The notes below the pieces were generated by a model that did not search any database, had not been told where the DNA came from, and saw only the letters and a program-made list of their open reading frames with translations. Source: the human T2T-CHM13v2.0 reference genome, Homo sapiens. From it: 64,000 nt of DNA. The DNA lies in assembly GCF_009914755.1 (NCBI RefSeq), contig NC_060944.1. One strand, given 5' to 3'. Of this stretch, positions 53,560 through 64,000 are shown piece by piece. The position numbers were made by a program, and so were the translations under genes. Each line of letters opens with the position of its first letter. Position 1 is the stretch's first letter.

Positions 53560-53924
53560 AAATGATTCTCAACCTTGGCCACACACCAGAATCATCTCAG
53601 GATACTTGAAAATTTCCATTGCTCACACCACCTCAGATCATTTAAGTAGAATTCCTGGGGGTCATCCACTGGTAACCCCCAGGAGTCCTATTTAAATGCA
53701 CAACCAGGATGAAAAAGTAACGTATTAAACCAGTGGTTCTCAAACTTTAACATACATGAGAACTACCTGGAGGACATGTTAAAATACAGACTGCTGGGTC
53801 CCAGCCCCACAGTTTCCAGTTCTGTAGGTCTTGTGGGGAGCCCCAAGATTTGTATTTCCAACGAGTTCCCAAGTGATGCTGAGCTGAGGCTTTTAACACG
53901 GGGAACATACTTTGAGAACCAATG
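53560..53924. mobile_element. Tandem pair of MER5 MITEs (53560-53722 and 53731-53924)
   Basis: Two MER5 bodies separated by the 8-mer tattaaac; outer flanks tgttaaat and tcttacat. Confidence 0.75.
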
Positions 53925-54579
53925 TCTTACATGAATATGTTGATCTGAGCATTTTAGACAGGGAAATAAAACATTTTACATATTTACATTTTAGAGCAAT
54001 TGGTATAATACAACTAGCCATTTTAACAGCATTATATAATCTTTAATTTGACAAACTAATGGAAATACCAGTGACAGTGCCAAAGACCAAGACTTAATGG
54101 CTTCACTTCCCTCGTAGTTATACAAGAAACCCAACTCATAAAATATAACCGAGATGTTTAAACAAACCACTTATGTGGTACTTAGGTGAAATTGTAACTC
54201 TTTTAAAATGCTATAGATTATCATCAATTTCATGATGTATCTGCTTTATTTCATTCAGTTCACTTGAAAATTTGAACAGCTGGAACATCAGAGAAAGAGA
54301 ACTGCATAATCACACCTTGATTAGCAAGACGGCAATAATTCAAAATACTTATCTAGTTCATAATATTTATCTCATTTCTTAGGAAAGAGCTTTCTTCCAA
54401 ATCTTCAAAAACACTCAACATTTCTGCCCTCCATACCAGCTAATACACATCACACTCACTCCCTCATATGATAATCACACATTTTGGTATCATTGTATCA
54501 AATCCATTTCTTCCTTTTGGGGTTTTAATTTTTGCTACCTGGGTATGTATATACCAACGCTCTTATAAAATACTTTTTT

Positions 54580-55045
54580 CAAACTTGTATATGGATGTTT
54601 ATTTCAGGTTCCTGCATAGTGGAAAAAAACTGAAAATAACATAAATGTTCATCAACAATAGAGTGATAAACGGTGGCACATTCATATAATGAAGTATTAT
54701 AAAACAATTAATTAATGTGTCACATAACAACATGACAAATCTTGTAGATGTACTGTTGAGTCAAATAAGCCATATATAAAAGAGTTCATGCTTTATGTTT
54801 TCATTTATACAAAGTCCAAGAACAAATATAGATAATTTAAAGCCTTAAAATTTAGATGAGTGGTTGTGTTTGAGGGGAGTATTGACAGAAAGGAAGCATG
54901 ACAGAGCCTTCTGTGATGCTGGAAAAGTCTACATCTTAATCTGGGTGGTAAGTGGATGCCTATGTATGTAAATATCAACTAAGCTTATGAGTTACAGTTA
55001 TGATACACTTTCTGTTATAATGTAATTAACCATTTTAATTTCAAA
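54580..55045 (+). mobile_element. L1MC/ME 3' end
   Basis: aaatgttcatcaacaatagagtgataaa...gagccttctgtgatgctggaaaag. Confidence 0.7.
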
Positions 55046-56035
55046 ATTGCATTAATATGACAAATTGCTCTTTGTGAAATATTCCTCAAACCCAAATGTG
55101 AAAGCTGCCCACATGTTGGAATGTGATAATTGTTCATGACAAGACTAATATAAAAAGTATCCCAAAAGTCTTGCTCATAAAATCAAATGTGAAAGGTTTC
55201 CATCTGAAGATGATTTATTTTCTCTTAAAGCCCCCCTAAAATAAGAGTAAGGTATAAAATGCTATCAGTCAAGGGCAAAGAGAACAGAAGAAGAGAGTCT
55301 TCATCAACAGATAAAAGATTTCAACAAGTTTTGAAGGGAGAAAATAGATGAAGGATGATAACTGAGTTGGCAGATGCAGAGGAGATAGGGAAAATGGGAG
55401 GGATAATTTTACCAGAAGATCCCTAGAAAGGGGTGGCACTCAGAGATACCAGTATGGTGGTTAAAGTAGACAGAAGAGTCAAGATGTAGGGTTCAACAAT
55501 AAGTTGGTTACTAATGAAAGTCTGTATATAAGATGATGGAAACCAGATTTCTAGCTCCCATGCAAGTGGTAAAAAATTTATTCTCTAACGAAACTCAGTG
55601 GCTTCAATAAAAAATATTGTTTGCATACTAGCATGAGTGCCCTAGCTAAATGATCTGCTCACTGTCCAAATAATCACTCGAATGCAATCCCACCAGCCTA
55701 AAAGCCCACCAAAGCATGCAAAGTTGCCAGTAAGTTTTAGGGTCTCACTCTTAATGTGAAACAGGCAAACAAGGACCACCAGACACTGGAATATGCTCCC
55801 AACTTAAAAAAGAGAGACCAAAATAAGCAGGAAAAAAAAACAGACATTTTAGGGAGTCCAGAAAACATAAAGCAAAACTTTATAAAAAATGTTAGTTGGT
55901 TGGCACAGTGAAGAATAAGAAATTGTTATATTCATAAAACAAGAAGAGTATTTTTTTAAATAATGGAAGATAAATAATTTTTAGAAATTTAGAATATAAT
56001 TACCAAAATCACTCATCCAAAAGTAGCTCAAGAAG

Positions 56036-56184
56036 GTAAATATCAACTAAGCTTATGAGTTACAGTGGTGAGTACACTTTCTGTTATACTGTAATTAACC
56101 ATTTTAATTTCAAAATTGCATTAATATGACAAATTGCTCTTTGTGAAATAGTCCTCAAGCCCAAATGTGAAAGCTGCCCACATG
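56036..56184 (+). repeat. 149-bp direct copy of 54968-55115
   Basis: Aligned by eye: 5 substitutions and one 1-bp indel. Confidence 0.95.
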
Positions 56185-56479
56185 CATCTTATTAACTTAT
56201 TAAAATATAGAAAAAAGAGAGCAGAAACAAAAAATATGAGATAAATAGTAAGAGATTTAGGAAATTAATATAAGAAGTGGACATTTCAGATGGAGAGAAA
56301 AAGGAAAAGTGAGAAAGGGAAAGTATTTTAAAAATCATGTGAGAAATATTACCAGAGGTAAAGGACATACATTTCTAAGTGGCAAAATCCAATAAAGGAT
56401 AATAAAATAAAAAGATCACACCAATGCATATCAACATGAAGTTTAAAAAAAAAACAGCATTAGATGAGTTTATTAAAGG

Positions 56480-58890
56480 ATAAAGTGAGGATGTCTATGA
56501 ACCTGTTCCCCTACAAAAACAATGAAAATTCTGACAAATCAAGTAAAACCAATAATTTCAGAACTCTTGAAATTAAACAAAACCACCAACAAACAAAATT
56601 TCTTATCTAAAAGGAATGACTAAATCTCAGTAAGACCTCAGACTGTGTGGCATTTAACTTGCCACCACACTCTCTCTCAACCGCGCAGTGGCACAGTAGC
56701 CACGAAAAGCCAGAAGCCTCACAGAAAAAGAGGACTGGCATCTTTTGGAGCTCTTTTAAAAGACCCATCCTCAAAGCACTGTCAATATTTTGTCCAAAGT
56801 AGTAATTTCCCAGAAAAATCTCTATTTCCAGGTTGGTGTGGCTATTTTACTTCACTCAGACCACAACTCAGCAAAGAAAAGCCCTATCTTTGGAGATTAG
56901 TGGAAAGAATCACAATCTGCTAGCAACATTGTAGATGCCTAAAGCTGTGATTCCATTTAGGAAAAGCTAGATCCTGGCTACAAATCGAAAAGGAAGTCTG
57001 AAGAACTTGAGGACCAGAGGGAATTTTGAAAAGCTCCAACATATTCCTGGGGATTTGGAAGAGCTTTTGCATACCCAGTACTGTGTATAGTTAAAAACCT
57101 GGGGAAGTATAAGACCTCAGTCATTCACCTCTGGCTGACCTTGAGGACTCCCACAAGCAGGAAGTGAAACCTACAGTTGTCTTATAAACATCCCTTTAGC
57201 AAACGGTAAAAGACCTAAAGGTAAAGCATTTATGAAAATCTTTTGACCAATTACTTGCTTCTTACTAAATTATATTGACCAAGTGGTAACTCCTAGGAAG
57301 CCAAGCCTAAAAAATAAAAATAGAAACCAAAACTTAAAAAAAAAATAAGCTAGCAATTAAGCTACATTAATTTAAATTTAAGCTAAATTACATTAAATTA
57401 AGCAGACCAAAACTGGATTTAGCAGACAAAAACTTTAAATCAGCTATGTTAAATACTTTTAAAATAACTTAAAAAGCCATTTCTAAAGAATTAAGGGAAA
57501 CTATGGCAATGATGTCTTACCAAATAGAGACTAATAAGAAAGAAACAAATCATATTTTAAAATAACCAAATAAGAATTCTATTAGAGTTGAAAAAGACAA
57601 CAACTAACATCAAAAATTTACTCAAGTGTTTAAGAAATGAGGTGTCAGATAAAAAGAATCAACTAACTTGAATATATAGCAGAAAAAATTAGTCTGAGGA
57701 ATTTTAAAAAAGAATAAAGAATAAATGACTAGAGCTGAACATATTTGTAGGACACCGTGAAACATACCAACATACATACAATGAGAGTCCCAGAAAATGA
57801 AAAAAATGAGAAACAAGAAGAAAGAAAATGAAACAATAATGGTCAAATCCCCACATTTGATGAAAACATTAATCTATACATCCAAAACCTCAATAAACTC
57901 GTAAAGATAAAGATCCACATCTACACACACTATAGACACATTGACAAAAGGCAACAACAACAACAACAACAACAACAAATGAAAGAGAAATTATTGAAAG
58001 CAGCAAGAAAAAGATGACCTCACAGACAAACAATCCTCAATAAAATTAACAGCTGACTTTGAAACACAAGCACTAAAGCTGGAAAAGACTGGAATGACAC
58101 CCTCAAAGTGTTGAAAGAAAAAAGATTGTCAACAAAGAATCCCATATTTAGCAAAACTTTCATTCAACAATGAAAAAAATTCAGGATATTCCAAAATGAA
58201 TAAAATTTGAGAGAATTTGTTAGCAGACCTGCCCTAAGTGAAATACTACAGAGAGTCCTTCAGACTGAAATAAAAGTATATTAGATGGTAACTCAAATAC
58301 ACATGAGGAAGTAAAGAGCACTGGTAAAGTTAACTACATAGGTTAATATGGAAAATAGTATTTTTGTTTGAACTATTTTCTTATCCTATCTGATTTAATA
58401 GACAATTTCATAATGTAATAATTATAAATTTGTATTAGTGAATTTATAATAAAGGAAATGTAATTTATATGACAATAATAGTTCAAAGAAGAGCAGGAGG
58501 AATGGGGATATCATGGAGCAAAATTTTTGTACAATATTAAGATCCATTTTGTATTAATAAGAACTAGATCATCTTAAATTAGGATGCTAATTTTAATCCC
58601 AAGACAATCACTAAGAACATATCAAAAAAAGTATGGCAAGAGAAGCGGCAAGGAATTTGAATGGTACAGTAGAACATGTCTGTTTAACACAAAAGAAGAC
58701 AACAGTGCAGAAACACAGGAAGAAAAAGACATAATGCATACGGGAAACAAACAGCAAATGACAGGTATAAATCCTATCTTATCCATCATTATAATAAAAA
58801 GTAAACAAATTAAATACTCCAATAAAAATAGACAGATTAGCAGAAAAGATTCTTTAAGAACATGAGGATATGATCCAACCACACACACTT
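56480..58890 (+). mobile_element. L1M 5' region, ORF1 and ORF2 start remnant, containing (AAC)n at about 57953-57978
   Basis: gcagcaagaaaaaga...aacagctgacttt...ctggaatgacaccctcaaagtgttgaaagaaaa (ORF1 C-terminal region). Confidence 0.75.
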
Positions 58891-59704
58891 TAAAACGTTT
58901 TTTTTTATTCACTGACTTTGATGTGAATTTTTAAGTGGATGTAAAATCTTAGAATCATACATTAGAGCCCATCTCACTTTCTGTGTCCGAAGTTAGTCCA
59001 TAGAAAATTATTCCATGGTATACCAATAGGTGATCTTATAAAAAGGTTTCTTCTCTTACTGGAGTCTTGCTGAGATATTTCAGTATATTGTCCAAAAATG
59101 AAATATGAAATGCAAGAATTCCCAAAGCTATTTCCCTATCGAATAAAACTTTTTCTCATAAATCTCCCATAAACCATGTTCCATGGATCTCAAGGCAAGT
59201 CTTCTCAATTTGGAGTTGAAAAAACTGTGTCCAAAAACATTGAATAACTCACACCAACTGTCTTTTGATTTCTACTTATGTTATTGTCTCCAGAATGTAC
59301 ATGAATCACTTTTTTTCTACCCTGCTGCAAGACATCACAGAATTAGATCAGAATGCAGGAGTGGAAAAAGCAAGAGATTCAGCATCAGAAACCAAAATTC
59401 CAACTTTCTCTAAGAAGATGAGCAGCAAGAGTTTGCTTATGTCCCTCATCTTTACTTGGCTTCACTTGGCACAACTGCAAAATAAGGATGGTGAGATTTA
59501 CTGCACAGGGTTGTCATGAGTGTAAAGAGATAAATTGCATTATTCGCTTTCTCCTCAATTTCATGCTCCTTATGGTTTACATGATGCAGAATATTTTTTT
59601 CTACAGCTCTCTATTTCGGATTTACAATACCTGCAGAAATTTTTTTTTAACATGGGGACAAATTTTTTGATATCAGGACTGCTCCCATGAAGAGACACAG
59701 TTTA

Positions 59705-60150
59705 CATTCTTGTCCTTGCATCTGGGCAGGCTCGTGAATGCTTCGACTGATAAATTGAGGGATGAGGTGTTTTAATGTAAGGCTAGAATATGAAAGGCCT
59801 CATATCCACTAGAACACTCATGCTTAGAGTCCTAAACTATCTCATTAGAGGGTCAATTACCCTATTGCTACCATGTCTGAGGAAACCAAGCTATGTGGAA
59901 AAGCCACCGACAGGCACTCCGATCAGTGATCCAAGAGTCATACCAGACCATGTGCCAGACATTGGAACAAAGATGCCTCCAGAATATTCCAGTCCCCAGT
60001 TGTCATGTCATCCCCATATATTCTTGAGCAGAAATAAACTTCCCTTGCTGAATCCAGTCTGGTTTTCTGACCAACAAAATCATGAGCAATAAGCAGTTGT
60101 TGCTATAAGTCAGTAAGTTTGGAGACAGTTTGTTATATAACACTAGTAAC
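59705..60150 (+). mobile_element. MLT1G/H-like LTR
   Basis: gaggaaaccaagctatgtggaaaagcc...gttgttgctataagtcagtaagtttggagacagtttgttat. Confidence 0.7.
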
Positions 60151-61084
60151 CAAAAGGGTGCTCATGAAAACAGACTTCTCTACTGGCATTAAATACATCT
60201 ATTATAATGTCCTTCTCATTTGTCATTATCGAGCAGTTATTAAATAAACCCTTGAGCCACAACATGGGTACAATGACAGAACAGCAACTAAGAATCATGC
60301 TACTTAGAGGAGATAATTTCTGACCTATAATTTCCATTCTACTCTTCACTTATTCACGTCAAAATTACAATAGAATGAGATCAATTTAGCTAGAGTGGTT
60401 AAACATTTAAGTTTGAAGAATGTGAGAATGGCATAATTCACTAATAAAAAAAACTTCCTCATTTGAATTAGTTACTTCAGTCTCTTTTCACTTCATGGAT
60501 AAATTCCTACTCCTTCAAAGTATTTTTTCAAACTAATACCTGCAAAACAGGAAGTGAATATGCAATAAAAGTAGACAGTCATGGGCTACATGTTAGCCTT
60601 CAAATTTAATTTAAAACTGTATAATTGGATTTATGTTTTTATTGTAAATCATAAGTATGTTCATGCCCACGATTATTAGTCTGATGATGGAAAATTGAAA
60701 AACAGTGTTGTTTTTCAGAGGCCCTCTTTTTATTCTGCCATAATCCAAAATCACAAGCTATTCTACAGAAGACACACTTCATAAGTTGGTGTCAATAATG
60801 GGGAGGGTTGGCCATAAGCTCCAGGAGGACAGGGACTTTGTTTTGTTCACCAAAATGTTCGCAATGCTTTGCGTATTTGCTGAATTCAATGAGCACATAA
60901 ATACTCAATTAATATAAAGTGATAGGCTTGAATCAATATCATTTTGTAAAAATAAAAAGAGCAAACTTATCCATGAATCTGGCACTTTTGATTATTGCTT
61001 GGTGCTTGGGGACAGGAGGTGACAAAAGTAATTCTTATGGACTGGAAACTTGAGTTGTAAGAAAAAAAATAAACTGGTGAAGTA

Positions 61085-61890
61085 GTGTGTTGGGCCCTGT
61101 GATATCTAAAACCCCCTTTAGGACTGAAAGGCTTATCCCTTCATTTGCTGGGTAATGCTGCTAGAAGACGACTTCTACTGCCAGTCCTCCTCGGGGAGAC
61201 TGCTTTAGCTGAAAAACCAGGCTTGTCCTAGATCATGACTCTTTCCAGTGCAGCCTACATCCAATGACTGATCACAAAGAGATATAGCTGGGCCAACTCC
61301 AAGGGGCCATTCTAGCCCCAACCCCCTACTGCTTCACTGGAACTGCAATCTCCCTTGTCTTAGTCTATTTTCTGTTGCTTACAACAGAATACCTGAAACT
61401 AGGTAATTTATAAAGGAAATAAATTTATTTCTTACAGTTATGGAGGCTGAGAAGTCCAAGGTCAAGGAGTCACATATGGTGAGGATCTTCTTGCTGGCGA
61501 GAATGCTTGCAGAGTCTTCAGGTGGCAAAGGGCATCACATTGTGAGGGAGCTAAATGTACTAGCTGAGCTCTCTTTTCTTCTTCTTATAAAGCCACCAGG
61601 CCAACTCCCATGATAACTCATTACCTATTAATCCCATTAGTTGATGAATGAATTAATTTATTCATGAAAAAGACAGAGCCTTTATGATCCAATCACCTCT
61701 CAAAAGTCCCATCTTTTAATACTGCCACATTAGGGATTAAGTTTCAACATGAGTTTCAGAGAGGACAAACATTCAAACTGTATCATCCCTCTATCCAGTT
61801 CTGCTCTTTCTCCCTCATTTCCACAAATGTTCATCATAAGAGCATTTCTAATTAATTAGATTCTCTATGCTAATCTCTATCTCAGAGAAT
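61085..61890 (+). mobile_element. LTR16-like ERVL LTR split by an MST element
   Basis: cccctttaggactgaaaggctta...gcagcctacatccaatgactg...atgctaatctctatctcagag. Confidence 0.65.
61356..61785 (-). mobile_element. MSTC/MSTD-like solo LTR
   Basis: tgtcttagtctatttt...acattcaaactgtatca; TSD tccct on both sides. Confidence 0.88.
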
Positions 61891-61946
61891 CATGAGCTAA
61901 GCCTACTATCAATGTCTTTTACTTTATAAAGCTGCCATATGCAGGA

Positions 61947-61947
<1 letters not shown>

Positions 61948-61979
<32 letters not shown>
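61948..61979 (+). repeat. (CA)n microsatellite
   Basis: About 15 CA units. Confidence 0.97.
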
Positions 61980-61983
<4 letters not shown>

Positions 61984-64000
61984 TGCTTCTTCTTATTTGT
62001 ATTTTAACAGACAGTAGAGCTCTCTTATAATAATAACTACTTCCTTCCTGGTTTTTCATTGTTTGGTATGGCTTAATAAAATGAATACGTCTTTGCTTTT
62101 TCCCATCCTAAGTATAGATTTAACCTGTTCTCATGAAAAAGTATAAAGAATTAGTTTACTGTAGACTTATTATGTCTTTCTATTTTTATCATTTGTTTTT
62201 AGAAATTGGTGAGCCCATTCATGATTACACATATGAACAAATCAGTTCCCAGTAACTCTGGCAGATTTCTAAGCAATCTTGCTTAGAAAACACCTGGTAA
62301 AATATACTTTCATTCAACTTCAGGTGATTCAAAAGCAGCTGAAAGTCACTTAAGTGGAAATACAAATATGATGCTGCTTTTCAAATCAAAAGCAAGATCT
62401 CAACTCCACAGGATGTGGCAGATTGCCAGGTGTTTCATTTCTGACCAACAACTATACTGTCGGGAGCTTCTCTACGTAATTGACAAACCAAAACCCAAAG
62501 CACCAAGGTTAACAATTCACTTCTCTTTGGCCACAGAACTGGTATTGTGTTATTCCTGTACTGCACATAAATCACTTTCATAGGGCCATTAGAGGGTTGT
62601 TTTGAGGCCTAGAAGACTAAAATCAAACCTCTGGGTAGCTGAGCAATGTCAGAACAAGGTACAGAGTGGGTTTAGGGTCACTTTGGAGCCACTGTCAGTT
62701 TTCTTCTTTTTTTGCTTCTGAAGCTGCAAAATCATTTTGGCCCAAGGGCAGTCCACTTGAATTCTATGCAGACAAGAGACAGACTCGTGGTTTCTCCACA
62801 AGATTTTGATGTACTAGATCAGGACATCAAACATCAGCCCATCTCCAGATATAAAAAGCAACTTCGTAGGTTTTCAGATTATGTTTTGCCAACCATCTGG
62901 ACTATGAGACAGATACTTGAGACAGAGGATGTTACAGGAGCTGACCACCATTGTCACAAATCATTGGTGTGCAGAGGTTGAGGTGCCTCACTCTTCCCTG
63001 TATGTGTGCCACAGGACTCTCCAGAGAGCTGGTAAAGAATAGGAAATTAATGTAAATGTGTGTTACACTGAGTGTGTGAAATTGCTAAAGAAAAGATTAA
63101 ATTATTACTTGATCGTGTTATTTAACTTCCTTTCTTTCGAACGAATAGAAGGAAATGAAAATTGACATTTCTCAATGCCTATAATGTCAGTTGCCCTACA
63201 TAATTTATATATGTACATTTTAGTTATAAATAATATAATGGGACATAATTAAAAGTCCCATTTAATTCTCACAATAAATGTATGAAAAGAAAAAATAAGT
63301 CCTTAGAACATCCATAACCTACCTCAGTTTATACAAATAATCAAGTGAAATCATTTCAGAATTTGAATACAAGTTGTAGTGGCTTCACAAAATATGATAT
63401 TCCCACCCTTATGCCCAATGCTATGTGGGCTATGATCTAAGCCCTAACTAAATAGTAAAATATATTCTCTTCTGCTGATTTTCTTCTTTTTTTTAAACTC
63501 ATAAAAGAAGTGAAAATTTTTCCATACAGTTTACATTTTTACTAATCTTTTCCTCTATGATAAACTTTTGGTAGGGCCTTCTATTTATGAAGTGAGCCAT
63601 GCTCTTTTCATGACCCTATTTGTTCAAGGCATAGTGGGTAATACTGAGATGAAGCAGGCACTGACCCTACCTTCAGTTTGTTGGTTAGTACAGGACATTG
63701 CATACAAAGAGTTATCATACACGGGGAAAGATTCATGTACACTTTATTATTTCAGCCAGACTTTGAAGGATTAAATTGGGAGAGGAGAAAACACCATAAG
63801 CAAAGGGAACAGCATAGACAATCATGGTGTGTATATAGGAGCGGGAAATAATTCAAGATTGCCAGGACAGAGGTTGCATGGAGTGAACTGTAAACAGAAA
63901 GAAATAAATTGTGACCATATCAAACTGTATCAGAGGTTAAGCAAGGAAGTCCAGAGGAGAGAAGAGTTGAAGACTGTGAGGATTCTTGCAATTCTTCATT

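Noticed and set aside
53653-53684. 10-bp inverted repeat tcctgggggt/acccccagga
   Set aside because: Lies inside a MER5 element, whose body is inherently semi-palindromic

Overview
Primate, most likely human, AT-rich intronic or intergenic DNA with no recognisable intact protein-coding gene. Much of the window is interspersed repeat: seven Alus, young L1s (L1HS, L1PA3-like, L1PA4/5-like), old L1M fragments, L2/MIR, MaLR and ERVL solo LTRs, hAT MITEs (MER1B, MER5, MER20, MER58, MER63) and one piggyBac MER85. A decayed gammaretrovirus-like (ERV1) provirus lies on the minus strand at about 31.8-36.7 kb, with 5' LTR, leader, gag, pro, RT and an env leader, nested in an old L1. The most notable structure is a 5'-truncated L1PA3-like element followed by about 109 bp that I recognise as the HSPE1 (HSP10) 3' UTR and a second A-tail, which suggests an L1 3' transduction. 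Other points of interest are an ACG/A-type L1HS, a MER85 with an intact CSB-PGBD3 palindrome, a 149-bp local templated duplication, a 20-bp periodic array in the ERV leader, a nested ACTAGT fold-back palindrome and several candidate non-coding exons and enhancers. Repeat subfamily names come from memory of consensus sequences, not from a database search. I see no evidence of a wholly new biological system.
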